Below the pieces are notes generated by a model. The model had not been told where the DNA came from and did no database searches. It worked only from the letters and a program-made list of their open reading frames with translations. Shown here one piece after another: positions 9,348 to 17,927 of a DNA stretch of 35,952 bases. The stretch is taken from contig JBEDEI010000085.1 in NCBI GenBank assembly GCA_041175765.1, forward strand, positions 1-35,952, in the 5' to 3' direction. The position numbers were made by a program, and so were the translations under genes. The first letter of the stretch is position 1. Each line of letters opens with the position of its first letter. The DNA is from Actinomycetota bacterium (GTDB lineage Bacteria; Actinomycetota; Acidimicrobiia; Acidimicrobiales; Ilumatobacteraceae).

Positions 9348-10021
9348 ATGTAATCGCTGTCATTGCAAAAAAAGACTTGTTGATTGAGTGGCGCACCAGA
9401 ACGTTGATGGCTCGTGTCGTGCCGTTTGCCCTACTCGTGCTGGTGATGTTTGCCGTTGCGCTGGATAGTGAGCCGTTGTTGTTGCGTGCCGCGGCCGGTT
9501 TGGTGTGGTTGGCCCTGTTGTTTTCGACCATGTTGGTGGTGCAGCGGTCCTTCGATGTCGAGACTCAGGATGGTGTACTCGACACACTGCTGGCGTGTGC
9601 CAATCCTTCCCGTGTATTTTTTGGCAAAGCGACCGCGCTGTTTGTGCAACTGTTCGCACTCGGTGTGGTCTTAGTCGTGGGGGCAGTGGTGTTGTACGGG
9701 GTGGCAATCAGTGGTGATCGCGTCGTGCTGTTGGTCACGGTCGTCGTCTCGGCGACCGGTGGGCTGGCTGTCGTCGGTACTCTCTATGGCGCTGTGGTTG
9801 CCAACCTCATCGGGCGTGATTCGCTCCTGCCGCTTCTGGTGTTGCCCGTTTTGGCCCCGTTGCTCATTGCCGCGTCGCGCTCCACTGAAGCAGCCTTCGG
9901 CAGCAACACCATTGATGTCGCCAACGGCTGGGCGTGGGTCGGCGTGCTGGTGGTGTACGCGGTGGTGTTTGGCTCAGCGGGCGCTCTCGCCTTTGCGCCA
10001 CTCACGGAAAGCGATGCATGA
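9344..10021 (+). CDS. ccmB: CcmB, heme-exporter membrane subunit
   Basis: ATGA overlap with ccmA. Polytopic 225-aa protein. The LDSEPLLLRAAAGLVWLALLFSTMLVVQRSFDVETQDGVLDTLL region resembles the conserved CcmB core. Confidence 0.85.
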   Translation: MNVIAVIAKKDLLIEWRTRTLMARVVPFALLVLVMFAVALDSEPLLLRAAAGLVWLALLFSTMLVVQRSFDVETQDGVLDTLLACANPSRVFFGKATALFVQLFALGVVLVVGAVVLYGVAISGDRVVLLVTVVVSATGGLAVVGTLYGAVVANLIGRDSLLPLLVLPVLAPLLIAASRSTEAAFGSNTIDVANGWAWVGVLVVYAVVFGSAGALAFAPLTESDA

Positions 10022-10754
10022 CATGACGGGCACGAAGACCACACGAGCGATCGGCATCATCGCCTTGCTGGTCACAGCATGGGTGGTGATCAGCGCCTTT
10101 TTCATCACGCCTGCTGACCAAGTGCAAGGTGATTCGGTACGCATCATGTATGCGCACGTGCCAACTGCATGGATTGCGTATCTTGCGTTCATCACGACTG
10201 CAATTGCCTCGGGTTTTTCACTGGCGCGTCGTCACCGCACACTGGGCTTTGATCGTGTCGCTGGAGCCTCGGCCGAGGTGGGGGTGCTGTTCATGGCACT
10301 CACCCTCATTACCGGGAGTCTCTGGGGTCGACTCACCTGGGGAACTTTCTGGCAGTGGGATCCTCGGCTCACCACGACGCTGTTTTTGTTCGTGACGTAC
10401 GTCGGTTATCTCGCTGTTCGACGAATCGATGGCGATCCACGCCAGCGAGCACGTCGCAGCTCGGTCATTGCGCTCTTGGCCGTGTTGGAGATCCCACTCG
10501 TGCATTTTTCGGTGGTGCTTTGGCGTTCGTTACATCAAGAAGCCAGTGTGCTGAATCCCGATGGTGATGTGCGTCTCGACGGACTCATGTTGTTCACGCT
10601 GTTTTCTGGTGTCGTGGCGTTCACGCTCATATTTGCGTGGCTCGTCATTCATCGTCAGCGACTCATGGCACTAGCCGACCTGGATCGAGTCGTCGGTTTG
10701 GATGCAGCCATCAGTGCTCGTCGCGCAGAGGGAATTGGGTCGGCCGCAACATGA
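10014..10754 (+). CDS. ccmC: CcmC, heme-handling protein with tryptophan-rich WWD motif
   Basis: WGRLTWGTFWQWDPRLTTT tryptophan-rich motif. About 246 aa polytopic. Start at ATG 10014 (overlaps ccmB) or ATG 10023. The 347-aa track ORF from 9711 is an upstream extension inside ccmB. Confidence 0.9.
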   Translation: MHDMTGTKTTRAIGIIALLVTAWVVISAFFITPADQVQGDSVRIMYAHVPTAWIAYLAFITTAIASGFSLARRHRTLGFDRVAGASAEVGVLFMALTLITGSLWGRLTWGTFWQWDPRLTTTLFLFVTYVGYLAVRRIDGDPRQRARRSSVIALLAVLEIPLVHFSVVLWRSLHQEASVLNPDGDVRLDGLMLFTLFSGVVAFTLIFAWLVIHRQRLMALADLDRVVGLDAAISARRAEGIGSAAT

Positions 10755-10885
10755 AAGACATCGGTTTCATCCTCTTGAGTTGGGTCATCACTGTCGGTTC
10801 AATTGCAACGCTTGCAGCAGTGACATTACGTCGCGCCCGTGAGTTGTCGGCACGTGTGCCCGACGATAAGAAGCCGTGGCTCTGA
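10751..10885 (+). CDS. ccmD: CcmD-like small single-TM protein
   Basis: ATGA overlap with the ccmC stop. 44 aa, MKDIGFILLSWVITVGSIATLAAVTLRRARELS, a single TM followed by a basic tail. The call rests on position between ccmC and ccmE and on size. Confidence 0.6.
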   Translation: MKDIGFILLSWVITVGSIATLAAVTLRRARELSARVPDDKKPWL

Positions 10886-10897
10886 AGTGGTGACGAC

Positions 10898-11356
10898 ATG
10901 GATCTGACACCCCGATCAACTCCCGACGCTCCACGGTCCAAGCGCCGGCTGTTGCCAGTCATGATTGCTGTACTTGCGGGTATCGCCGGGCTGGCAATCG
11001 TTGCGATGTTTTTGACTTCTTCCATCGACTACTACTGCAATGTTGACGAAGTTGGTGTGCGTGAAGGTTGCAATGATGCGCGACGCGTGCGCGTGCAAGG
11101 CAATGTCGATGAAGGCACTTTGCAGTCGCGTTCCGGCATTACTTCTTTCGTGATGTCGTTCAACGGCGTGTCGTTGCCGGTTGATTACGAGGGTGAGCCA
11201 GGCGGCATCTTTCAGGAATGTATTCCCGTAGTGGCACATGGTCAGGTAGTGGATGGTGTGCTCGTCGCGACGCGCATCGAAGTGCGGCACTCCAATGAGT
11301 ACGAAGCAGAAAATGCAGACCGACTCGCGGAAGCCGAGAAGTCGGCATGCTCCTAG
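10898..11356 (+). CDS. ccmE: CcmE, periplasmic heme chaperone
   Basis: N-terminal membrane anchor LLPVMIAVLAGIAGLAIVAMFL. OB-fold-like core with VRVQGNV. C-terminal H-x3-Y heme-binding motif in VRHSNEYEAEN. Confidence 0.85.
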   Translation: MDLTPRSTPDAPRSKRRLLPVMIAVLAGIAGLAIVAMFLTSSIDYYCNVDEVGVREGCNDARRVRVQGNVDEGTLQSRSGITSFVMSFNGVSLPVDYEGEPGGIFQECIPVVAHGQVVDGVLVATRIEVRHSNEYEAENADRLAEAEKSACS

Positions 11357-13299
11357 CCAACGCAACGGCACAGCTCGGGCGAGCGATACTGCTCGCGGGA
11401 TTCCTTGCTGCGTTCTTCGGTGCATTTGCGGCTGCGGTTGGTGCACGACGCAACGATGCACGAACACTGCGCTTCGTGCCGCAGTTCGTCGTGGTTGCCA
11501 CGGCCATGGCGATCGGCGCTTTTGCCGTGATGGAGTGGGCGATGATCACCCGGGATTTCTCGCTCGCCTACGTGCAGAAAGTCGGCTCGCGCTCAACGCC
11601 TGCGCTTTATAACTTTGCCGCGGTGTGGAGCGCCCTGGAGGGCTCCATATTGATGTGGCTCCTGATCCTTGCCGGCTATGTCGCGGCAGCAATGTGGTGG
11701 ATGCGCAAGCGATTGGCCGAACCGCTGGTGGGTTGGGCAATGGCAGTCATGCTCGCGGTATTGGCCTATTTCTTTTTGTTGTCGTTTGGGCCGGCGAATC
11801 CGTTCGTTATCGGACCACCCGGAGTGATCGATGGGCCGGGGCCGAATCCGTTATTGCAGAACCACATCTTGGTGATGTTCCATCCACCAATTTTGTATCT
11901 CGGATACGTCGGCATGACGGTGCCATTTGCATTTGCCATCGCGGCACTGCTGGCAGGAAAAGTGGAGGACGGCTGGTTGCATCTCACACGTCGCTGGACC
12001 GTTGCAGCGTGGGGTTTCCTCACTTTCGGCATTGCGCTGGGTGGCTGGTGGAGCTACGAGGTGCTCGGGTGGAGTGGTGTGTGGGCATGGGATCCGGTGG
12101 AAAATGCTTCACTGCTTCCGTGGATCACGGGGACTGCCTACATCCACTCCGTGATGGTGCAGGAGCGGCGAGGTTTGCTGCGGGTATGGAACGTATCGCT
12201 TCTCATTGCAACGTTCAGCCTGACCATTTTGGGTACGTTCCTCACGCGTTCGGGCGTGCTGAACAGCGTGCATGCATTCTCAGAAAGCGACATTGGTCCT
12301 TGGCTGTTGGTGATGTTTGCCGTGATCGTTGCTGTCTCACTGGTGCTGGTGTTTCTGCGTGGCGACCAGTTGCGAGCCAGTGGTTCCATCGATTCGGTGT
12401 TTTCTCGTGAGGGTGCGTTCCTGGTGAACAACGTGCTCTTTGCGATATTTGCGTTCGTCGTGTTGCTCGGAACGGTGTTCCCACTCGTGGTAGAGGCAAT
12501 TCAGCAGCGCCAACTGGTGGTGGGTGAGCCGTTTTTCGATCAACTGACGATTCCCATTGGTCTGACGATGTTGTTCATCATGGCAGTGGCACCAGTTCTG
12601 CCTTGGCGGCGCGATGGACGCGAACGAATGTCGCAACGACTCGTGGTGCCGGCAGTTGTTGGTGTGGCGGCACTCGCTCTGGCGCTCATTGTGGGCGCGT
12701 CAGGCTTGGCGCCGCTCATGGCATTTGCACTTGGCGGCTTTGCCGGGGGTAGTGCGCTGCAACACCTCGCACGGGCAGTTCGGGTGCAGCAATTGCGTGG
12801 CTTCGTGGGCCGCGCCAACGGTGGCATGATCGTGCATGTCGGCGTCATTCTCATTTGTGTGGCACTTGCTGCATCGAATTCGTTCACACGCAGTCAAGAG
12901 ATTGATCTGGTGACCGGGCAAGTTGCCCGTTTCGCCGGGCATACATTCGAGCTCATCGATGTAGTGGAGGAGCAGGACTCACGTAGCACTTCGGTGCGAG
13001 CACTCGTGAGCGTGGATGGCGGCAAGCCGTACGCACCATCAATCACCAAGTTCACTCGCATCGGCATGAACGTGGGTACACCGTCGGTGCGCACGAGTTT
13101 GACGAGCGATGTGTACCTCACGTTGGAACCACCAGTCCGCCAGGATTCAGGGCAGGCGCGGATCAAAGTGTTCATCAAACCCATGATTCTGTGGCTGTGG
13201 ATCGGCACGTTCATCATGGCTTTCGGCACGGTGCTGGCGATCGTTCCCAGCCGCCGCAGGTCGGTTCACGAAATTCGGGATGAGGTGGTCGGGCGATGA
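11347..13299 (+). CDS. ccmF: CcmF, cytochrome c heme lyase subunit
   Basis: 650-aa polytopic protein. WWD region LGGWWSYEVLGWSGVWAWDPVENASLLPWITGTAYIHS closely resembles the E. coli CcmF motif. Overlaps the ccmE end by 10 nt. Confidence 0.95.
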   Translation: MLLANATAQLGRAILLAGFLAAFFGAFAAAVGARRNDARTLRFVPQFVVVATAMAIGAFAVMEWAMITRDFSLAYVQKVGSRSTPALYNFAAVWSALEGSILMWLLILAGYVAAAMWWMRKRLAEPLVGWAMAVMLAVLAYFFLLSFGPANPFVIGPPGVIDGPGPNPLLQNHILVMFHPPILYLGYVGMTVPFAFAIAALLAGKVEDGWLHLTRRWTVAAWGFLTFGIALGGWWSYEVLGWSGVWAWDPVENASLLPWITGTAYIHSVMVQERRGLLRVWNVSLLIATFSLTILGTFLTRSGVLNSVHAFSESDIGPWLLVMFAVIVAVSLVLVFLRGDQLRASGSIDSVFSREGAFLVNNVLFAIFAFVVLLGTVFPLVVEAIQQRQLVVGEPFFDQLTIPIGLTMLFIMAVAPVLPWRRDGRERMSQRLVVPAVVGVAALALALIVGASGLAPLMAFALGGFAGGSALQHLARAVRVQQLRGFVGRANGGMIVHVGVILICVALAASNSFTRSQEIDLVTGQVARFAGHTFELIDVVEEQDSRSTSVRALVSVDGGKPYAPSITKFTRIGMNVGTPSVRTSLTSDVYLTLEPPVRQDSGQARIKVFIKPMILWLWIGTFIMAFGTVLAIVPSRRRSVHEIRDEVVGR

Positions 13300-13838
13300 A
13301 GCCCACCAAAGTCGGTGTGCTCGGGTTAGCCGTAGTGATTGCTGCATTTCTCGTGGTGCTCGTGCTGTCTGACGGAGACGCCGGGGTCGGGGCGCGCTCA
13401 CCGCTATTGGGTGAACCCGCGCCATCGGTGGTGACCACGAGCATCGATGACGTGCCGTTTGAGTTGGGGCGACGCAAGGGCTCGTGGGTGGTCTTCAATT
13501 TCTTCAATTCCACATGTGTGCCGTGCATCGCCGAACACCCGTCGCTGCTTCGCTTTGCCGAGGATGAAGCAAATCGATCCGACGGCGCTGAGGTGTACAC
13601 CATCGTCAACGATGATTCAGACGGTGCCGTTCGCGCATTCTTTGCGGCCAATTCGGGTGACTGGCCGAAACTTCGCGATGCCGACGGCGCTATTGCCGTG
13701 GCGTTCGGAGTGGCAAAGGTGCCCGAAACATGGATTATCGACCCAAATGGTTTCGTTCGACTGCGCATCCTCGGGTCGGTAGTGGACGGCGTATTGGAAG
13801 AACAAATGGCCGATTTGCGCGCTTCGCAGGGCGAGTGA
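13296..13838 (+). CDS. ccmG: CcmG/DsbE-type membrane-anchored thioredoxin (thiol:disulfide oxidoreductase)
   Basis: ATGA overlap with ccmF. N-terminal TM VGVLGLAVVIAAFLVVLVL. Thioredoxin-fold active site FFNSTCVPCIAEHP (CxxC). VPETWIIDPNG is typical of the TlpA/DsbE family. Confidence 0.85.
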   Translation: MKPTKVGVLGLAVVIAAFLVVLVLSDGDAGVGARSPLLGEPAPSVVTTSIDDVPFELGRRKGSWVVFNFFNSTCVPCIAEHPSLLRFAEDEANRSDGAEVYTIVNDDSDGAVRAFFAANSGDWPKLRDADGAIAVAFGVAKVPETWIIDPNGFVRLRILGSVVDGVLEEQMADLRASQGE

Positions 13839-13840
13839 AC

Positions 13841-14776
13841 ATGACGAAGCGTCGATTGATGTGGGCACTCATCATCCTGCTGAGTATTGGCATGCTGGCG
13901 TTCGGTTCGTTGCGTGACTCTGGCCCACTCACGCAACAGGATCGCATCGATGTAATCACCAAACGTATTGCTTGTCCGACATGCGATGGTGAGAGCGTGT
14001 TCGTGTCACGAGCCCCATCTGCGCAATCAATACGTGCAGAGGTAGCCCGACAGGTGGGTGACGGTGTGCGCACCGATGACGAGATCGTGGCGTACATCGC
14101 CGAACGATTCGGTGGTGAAGTTCTGCTACTGCCCCGAGCGACAGGGTTGGATGCCTTGGTCTGGATTCTGCCGGCGATGGTCACCGTTGTACTGGTGGCA
14201 GCACTGTGGTTGGCGTTTCGCCGGTGGCGTCAACCAGTTGTAGTAGCCACGTCGAAGCGTTCTCTGTTGGTGTCATTTGCAATCGTGTGCGTAGTGGGAC
14301 TCGGCGGTGGTGTGCTTGTTGCTCGTCAAGCAGGTCAGCGCTTACCGCTACAAACTGCAACTGGCGGTATCGAAGACAGCACCGCATCACTCTTGGCGCA
14401 GGCTCGATTGGCTGGCCCCACGAACGTGACGGCTGCCATCGAGTTGTATGGACGCGTACTGGAAACCGACCCGGACAACGTCGAAGCCGTGACGTACCGC
14501 GCCTGGCTCATCATGTTGTCGGCACGCCAGTTTGATGAGTCGCTGCGCAATCAAGCGTTTGTCTCCACCATCACCGCGCTCGGTCGAGCAATTGAACTCG
14601 ATCCGACATACCCCGACGCGATGTGCTTCCTCGGCATCGTTGTGTATCGCGACGGCGGTGATGCGAAGTCGGCAAAAGAGTTCGTTGATCGCTGTCTGGA
14701 GCGCGACCCGCCGGCCGAGGTGCGCGGGTTAGTGGAGGCGCTGGCCAGCGAACTCAACGCTGAACTCGGCGAATAG
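13841..14776 (+). CDS. ccmH: CcmH fused to a TM + TPR (CcmI-like) C-terminal domain
   Basis: Start ATG 13841, 2 nt after the ccmG stop. N-terminal signal/TM, then ITKRIACPTCDGESV (CxxC of CcmH), two further TM segments, and a TPR-like tail (LETDPDNVEAVTYRAWL, AIELDPTYPDAMCFLG). This is the same fused architecture as E. coli CcmH. The 348-aa track ORF from 13730 is an extension into ccmG. Confidence 0.8.
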   Translation: MTKRRLMWALIILLSIGMLAFGSLRDSGPLTQQDRIDVITKRIACPTCDGESVFVSRAPSAQSIRAEVARQVGDGVRTDDEIVAYIAERFGGEVLLLPRATGLDALVWILPAMVTVVLVAALWLAFRRWRQPVVVATSKRSLLVSFAIVCVVGLGGGVLVARQAGQRLPLQTATGGIEDSTASLLAQARLAGPTNVTAAIELYGRVLETDPDNVEAVTYRAWLIMLSARQFDESLRNQAFVSTITALGRAIELDPTYPDAMCFLGIVVYRDGGDAKSAKEFVDRCLERDPPAEVRGLVEALASELNAELGE

Positions 14777-14781
14777 ATTTC

Positions 14782-14804
14782 GTCGCGCCGACTGCCGCGG
14801 CGAC
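14782..14804. terminator. GC-rich imperfect hairpin between the convergent ccmH and phosphatase genes; possible bidirectional terminator
   Basis: GTCGC at 14782-14786 pairs with GCGAC at 14800-14804, plus two further pairs across a bulge. No clear U-tract, so weak. Confidence 0.3.
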
Positions 14805-15283
14805 TAATCAACCTGCGGTGGCGCCCATGCGCGCGCAGCAGTGAAGCGATTGTCTACGCGCTCCAACACCCAGACGCTGCCCTTACCCCACTCATGGGTG
14901 CCTTCTATTCGCATTCCCGTTGCACTCAAGGATTGAACGAGCGCCGGGATGACATCACCATGACTGCACAACACCGCTCGGTCGGGTACGGAGTGCAGCA
15001 AGTCAAACAGCGATGCGTCGGGCTGCACGAGATCACTGCCGAACTCAGCGAGTCGTTCGTCGAGCACGACTTGGGTATCCGTGGCGATGGCCAGTGGCTC
15101 AACCGTTTCGACGCAGCGTTGGTACGGGCTCGACACCACGAGCGTGGGTGAAATCGCCGCCAAGCGCTTTGCCAGCACTTCGGCTTGCTTGCGACCGGCG
15201 TTGGTGAGCGGACGATCGATGTCATTGCCGTCGAAGTCACTTCGCGAACCTGCTTTGGCATGGCGAACGAGGTACAAAGGCAC
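14804..15283 (-). CDS. Histidine-phosphatase superfamily protein, SixA-like (short form)
   Basis: MPLYLVRHAKAG (catalytic RHA/G motif), DRPLTNAGRKQA, SSPYQRCVETVEP, CSHGDVIP. 159 aa, typical of SixA-like phosphohistidine phosphatases. Confidence 0.7.
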   Translation of the reverse strand: MPLYLVRHAKAGSRSDFDGNDIDRPLTNAGRKQAEVLAKRLAAISPTLVVSSPYQRCVETVEPLAIATDTQVVLDERLAEFGSDLVQPDASLFDLLHSVPDRAVLCSHGDVIPALVQSLSATGMRIEGTHEWGKGSVWVLERVDNRFTAARAWAPPQVD

Positions 15284-15371
15284 CGCGGCAACCTACACGG
15301 TGAAAGTAAACGAATCGGCAGCGTGCATTACGCCACAAGTGCGATTGCGACACGGCACGGCACGGGCAGGG

Positions 15372-15998
15372 ATGGCACACTATGGCGTGGGCTTTTTTGA
15401 ACGCAACCGTGCCGAGACGCAAGCCAAGGGCTTTGATGCACAACGCCTGCCACCCGGGCAATACCTCACGGATCGTTTCCCCGTCTTACACGTGGGCGAC
15501 GTGCCGACGTATGCACCAGGTGAGTGGTCCCTGGAAGTTCATGGGGCAGTCTCCACACCGTTTACCTTGACGTACGAACAGCTGTTGGCACTTCCGGCAG
15601 TCACCATCACCACCGATATCCACTGCGTGACAAAGTGGTCGAAGTTCGACACCACATGGAAAGGTGTACGTGTGCGCGACTTGTTTGCAAAAGCCGGTGT
15701 CGATTCCAGTGCCACTCATGTGATGGCGCACGCCGAGTATGGCTACACGGCAAACTTGCCACTTGCGGACGCCACCGGTGATGATGCACTCGTGGCGTAT
15801 GCGTACGACAATTCAGAGATCGAACCAATTCATGGTGGGCCAGTGCGACTGGTGATCCCACATTTGTATTTTTGGAAATCAGCGAAATGGCTGCGGGGGC
15901 TCGAGGCCACCACGCAAGATGCGCCAGGTTTTTGGGAGCAAAACGGTTACCACATGTATGGCGACCCGTTTCGCGAACAACGATTTTGGGGTGACTAA
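15372..15998 (+). CDS. Small sulfite-oxidase-family molybdopterin-dependent oxidoreductase (catalytic domain only)
   Basis: Start taken at MAHYGVGFF (ATG 15372). LPPGQYLTDRFPVLHVGDVP, TTDIHCVTKWSK (conserved Mo-ligand Cys context), HGGPVRLVIPHLYFWKSAKWLRGLE. The 305-aa track ORF from 15081 overlaps the phosphatase gene and is rejected. Confidence 0.8.
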   Translation: MAHYGVGFFERNRAETQAKGFDAQRLPPGQYLTDRFPVLHVGDVPTYAPGEWSLEVHGAVSTPFTLTYEQLLALPAVTITTDIHCVTKWSKFDTTWKGVRVRDLFAKAGVDSSATHVMAHAEYGYTANLPLADATGDDALVAYAYDNSEIEPIHGGPVRLVIPHLYFWKSAKWLRGLEATTQDAPGFWEQNGYHMYGDPFREQRFWGD

Positions 15999-16744
15999 AC
16001 CGTTCTGTCGTTCAACGTCGTTTCACAAAAGCGATCACCACGCGGCAGCGACGCCGACGTCTCTGGCGAAGTCTCACCGTAGAGCGCATCGAGCATGCCC
16101 TTGACCATGCCGCGATCGACTGCGCAAATCACGGGGTGCTCGATGGCAACATCCCCAAAGGGGCAGTGGTTGTTGATGATGCGCAACTTGTTCTGACGCT
16201 TCTCGGTGTGGGCGGCAAAGCCGTGTGCCGTGAGTGCATCGGCAACTTTTTGCAATGCAGACCGAAGTGAACGCTGACCAGCGCTCACATCATCGTTTGT
16301 TAACCCTGCAGCCATGACGTGTCCGTACTTGCGACCCACTTCTTCGGCCATTGCTTCGGCTTCGTGCTGCGGAAGTCGCTCAAGTGCCTCGCCGAGTAGC
16401 GACAGCACGAGATCATCGCTGCGTACGGGGAACTGCATCGGCATCGCAGAATCCACCGCTCGGTAACGCTTTGACGGACGACCAGCACCGGCATGTTCGA
16501 GACGATCAACGTCTACTTCGAGGTACCCACCGGCGGCAAGTTTGTCGAGATGGTGGCGAGCCACATTGGGGTGCACCTCGAAGGTGTCGGCAACTTGTGA
16601 CGCCGTCACGCCCTCTGCAGTGTCGCGCACGAAAAGATAGACGGCACGGCGTGTGGGGTCACCAAACGCAGATGTGATTGCAGAGACCTGTGATGAGAAT
16701 GCGCCACCCGTCACGCCTGTCGTCACGGTCTTGTTGCGCGCCAC
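15995..16744 (-). CDS. ArsR-type winged-helix regulator with C-terminal three-Cys domain, SufR-like
   Basis: FGDPTRRAVYLFVRD...VTASQVADTFEVHPNVARHHLDKLAAGGYLE (ArsR/SmtB-type HTH). C-terminal Cys194-x12-Cys207-x32-Cys240 is reminiscent of the [4Fe-4S] ligands of SufR. GTG start at 16744, with in-frame alternatives GTG 16726 and 16714. Divergent from mrp. Confidence 0.55.
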   Translation of the reverse strand: MARNKTVTTGVTGGAFSSQVSAITSAFGDPTRRAVYLFVRDTAEGVTASQVADTFEVHPNVARHHLDKLAAGGYLEVDVDRLEHAGAGRPSKRYRAVDSAMPMQFPVRSDDLVLSLLGEALERLPQHEAEAMAEEVGRKYGHVMAAGLTNDDVSAGQRSLRSALQKVADALTAHGFAAHTEKRQNKLRIINNHCPFGDVAIEHPVICAVDRGMVKGMLDALYGETSPETSASLPRGDRFCETTLNDRTV

Positions 16745-16767
16745 GCGATTAGCCTAACGAGCGCATC

Positions 16768-17910
16768 ATGAGCACTCTTACGACCGAACAAGTCATTGAT
16801 GCACTGCGACCAGTGCACGACCCAGAACTGCATCGCTCAATCGTCGATCTCGATATGGTGCGCGATGTCGTCATCAAGGATGGGCTTGTTTCGTTGACGG
16901 TGACCTTGACGATTGCCGGTTGCCCGCTGCGCAACGAGATTCAGAATCGGGTCAATGGTGCGATTCGTCCACTTGCGGGTGTGCGTGATGTGGCATTGAA
17001 CTTCGGCGTCATGACTGACCAAGAGCGTGCGGTGCTGCGCGAAAAATTACACGGCTCACCCGCAGCAACGGCGGGTAGTGCTCCAGCGCAAGGGCACGCA
17101 CAGGGACGCACGATTCCGTTCGCACAGCCAGGTTCCAAGACACGACCGATTCTGATTTCATCGGGCAAAGGCGGTGTCGGCAAGAGCAGTGTCACTACGA
17201 ATCTCGCAGTGGCATTGGCTGCAGCCGGACACTCGGTGGGAATCATCGACGCCGACATTTACGGGTACTCAATTCCGCGCATGCTTGGCGCCGATCGTGA
17301 TCCGGTCGTCATCGATCAAATGCTTCTTCCTCCACAGTCGTACGGAGTGCGTTGTATTTCCATCGGCTACTTCGTACCGGAAGGTCAAGCAGTGGTGTGG
17401 CGTGGCCCGATGTTGCACAAAGCCCTCGAGCAATTTTTGACGGATGTGTACTGGGACGAACCCGAGTTTTTGCTTGTTGACATGCCACCAGGCACGGGCG
17501 ACATCGCGCTGAGTTTGAGTCAGTACCTGCCTCGTGCCGAAGTGTACGTCGTGACGACACCGCAGGAAGCCGCGCAGAAAGTTGCCCGCTTGTCGGCTGC
17601 GATGGCCAAGAAAGTAAATATGTCGGTGCGCGGTGTAATCGAGAACATGTCGTGGTTCACCGGCGACGACGGCAAGCGCTACGAACTCTTCGGCCAAGGC
17701 GGCGGGAAAATGCTGGCTGATGAATTGGGTGTGCCACTGTTGGCTCAGATTCCGTTGGTCAACCAGCTTCGTGAAGGTGGCGATGATGGCAAGCCGATCG
17801 CGGCAATCGCCCCGCAGAGCGAAGTTGGCCAGGTGTTTGCCGCACTTGCTCAACAGATTGCGGCGATGAAACCGAAAAAGGTCTTCAGCGAGGCGTTGAA
17901 GGTCACCTGA
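16768..17910 (+). CDS. mrp: Mrp/ApbC/NBP35-family Fe-S cluster carrier ATPase with N-terminal DUF59 (MIP18-like) domain
   Basis: DUF59 signature VHDPELHRSIVDLDMVRDV...TIAGCPL. Deviant Walker A SSGKGGVGKSSVTTNLA. LLVDMPPGTGD. VIENMS block. Confidence 0.9.
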   Translation: MSTLTTEQVIDALRPVHDPELHRSIVDLDMVRDVVIKDGLVSLTVTLTIAGCPLRNEIQNRVNGAIRPLAGVRDVALNFGVMTDQERAVLREKLHGSPAATAGSAPAQGHAQGRTIPFAQPGSKTRPILISSGKGGVGKSSVTTNLAVALAAAGHSVGIIDADIYGYSIPRMLGADRDPVVIDQMLLPPQSYGVRCISIGYFVPEGQAVVWRGPMLHKALEQFLTDVYWDEPEFLLVDMPPGTGDIALSLSQYLPRAEVYVVTTPQEAAQKVARLSAAMAKKVNMSVRGVIENMSWFTGDDGKRYELFGQGGGKMLADELGVPLLAQIPLVNQLREGGDDGKPIAAIAPQSEVGQVFAALAQQIAAMKPKKVFSEALKVT

Positions 17911-17927
17911 CCTGCCACACTGTAACC

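Noticed and set aside
9711-10013. Upstream extensions of track ORFs: ccmC from 9711, ccmD from 10637, ccmH from 13730, molybdoenzyme from 15081, etfB from 23898, DUF3090 from 27288, acyl-CoA dehydrogenase from 29039, FtsH-like from 31648, ABC ATPase from 35573
   Set aside because: Each extension overlaps the well-supported neighbouring gene in another frame or strand. In every case an internal ATG placed at or a few nt from the neighbour's stop gives an N-terminus that matches the family.
16749-16757. TTAGCCTAA between the SufR-like gene and mrp, identical to the central 9 bp of the DtxR/IdeR iron-box consensus TTAGGTTAGCCTAACCTAA
   Set aside because: The outer arms (CGCGA and CGAGC) match at most one position of the consensus flanks, so overall identity is only about 10/19. 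A 4-bp-arm palindrome is expected by chance. Not reported as an operator, though it could be tested with the DtxR-family protein.
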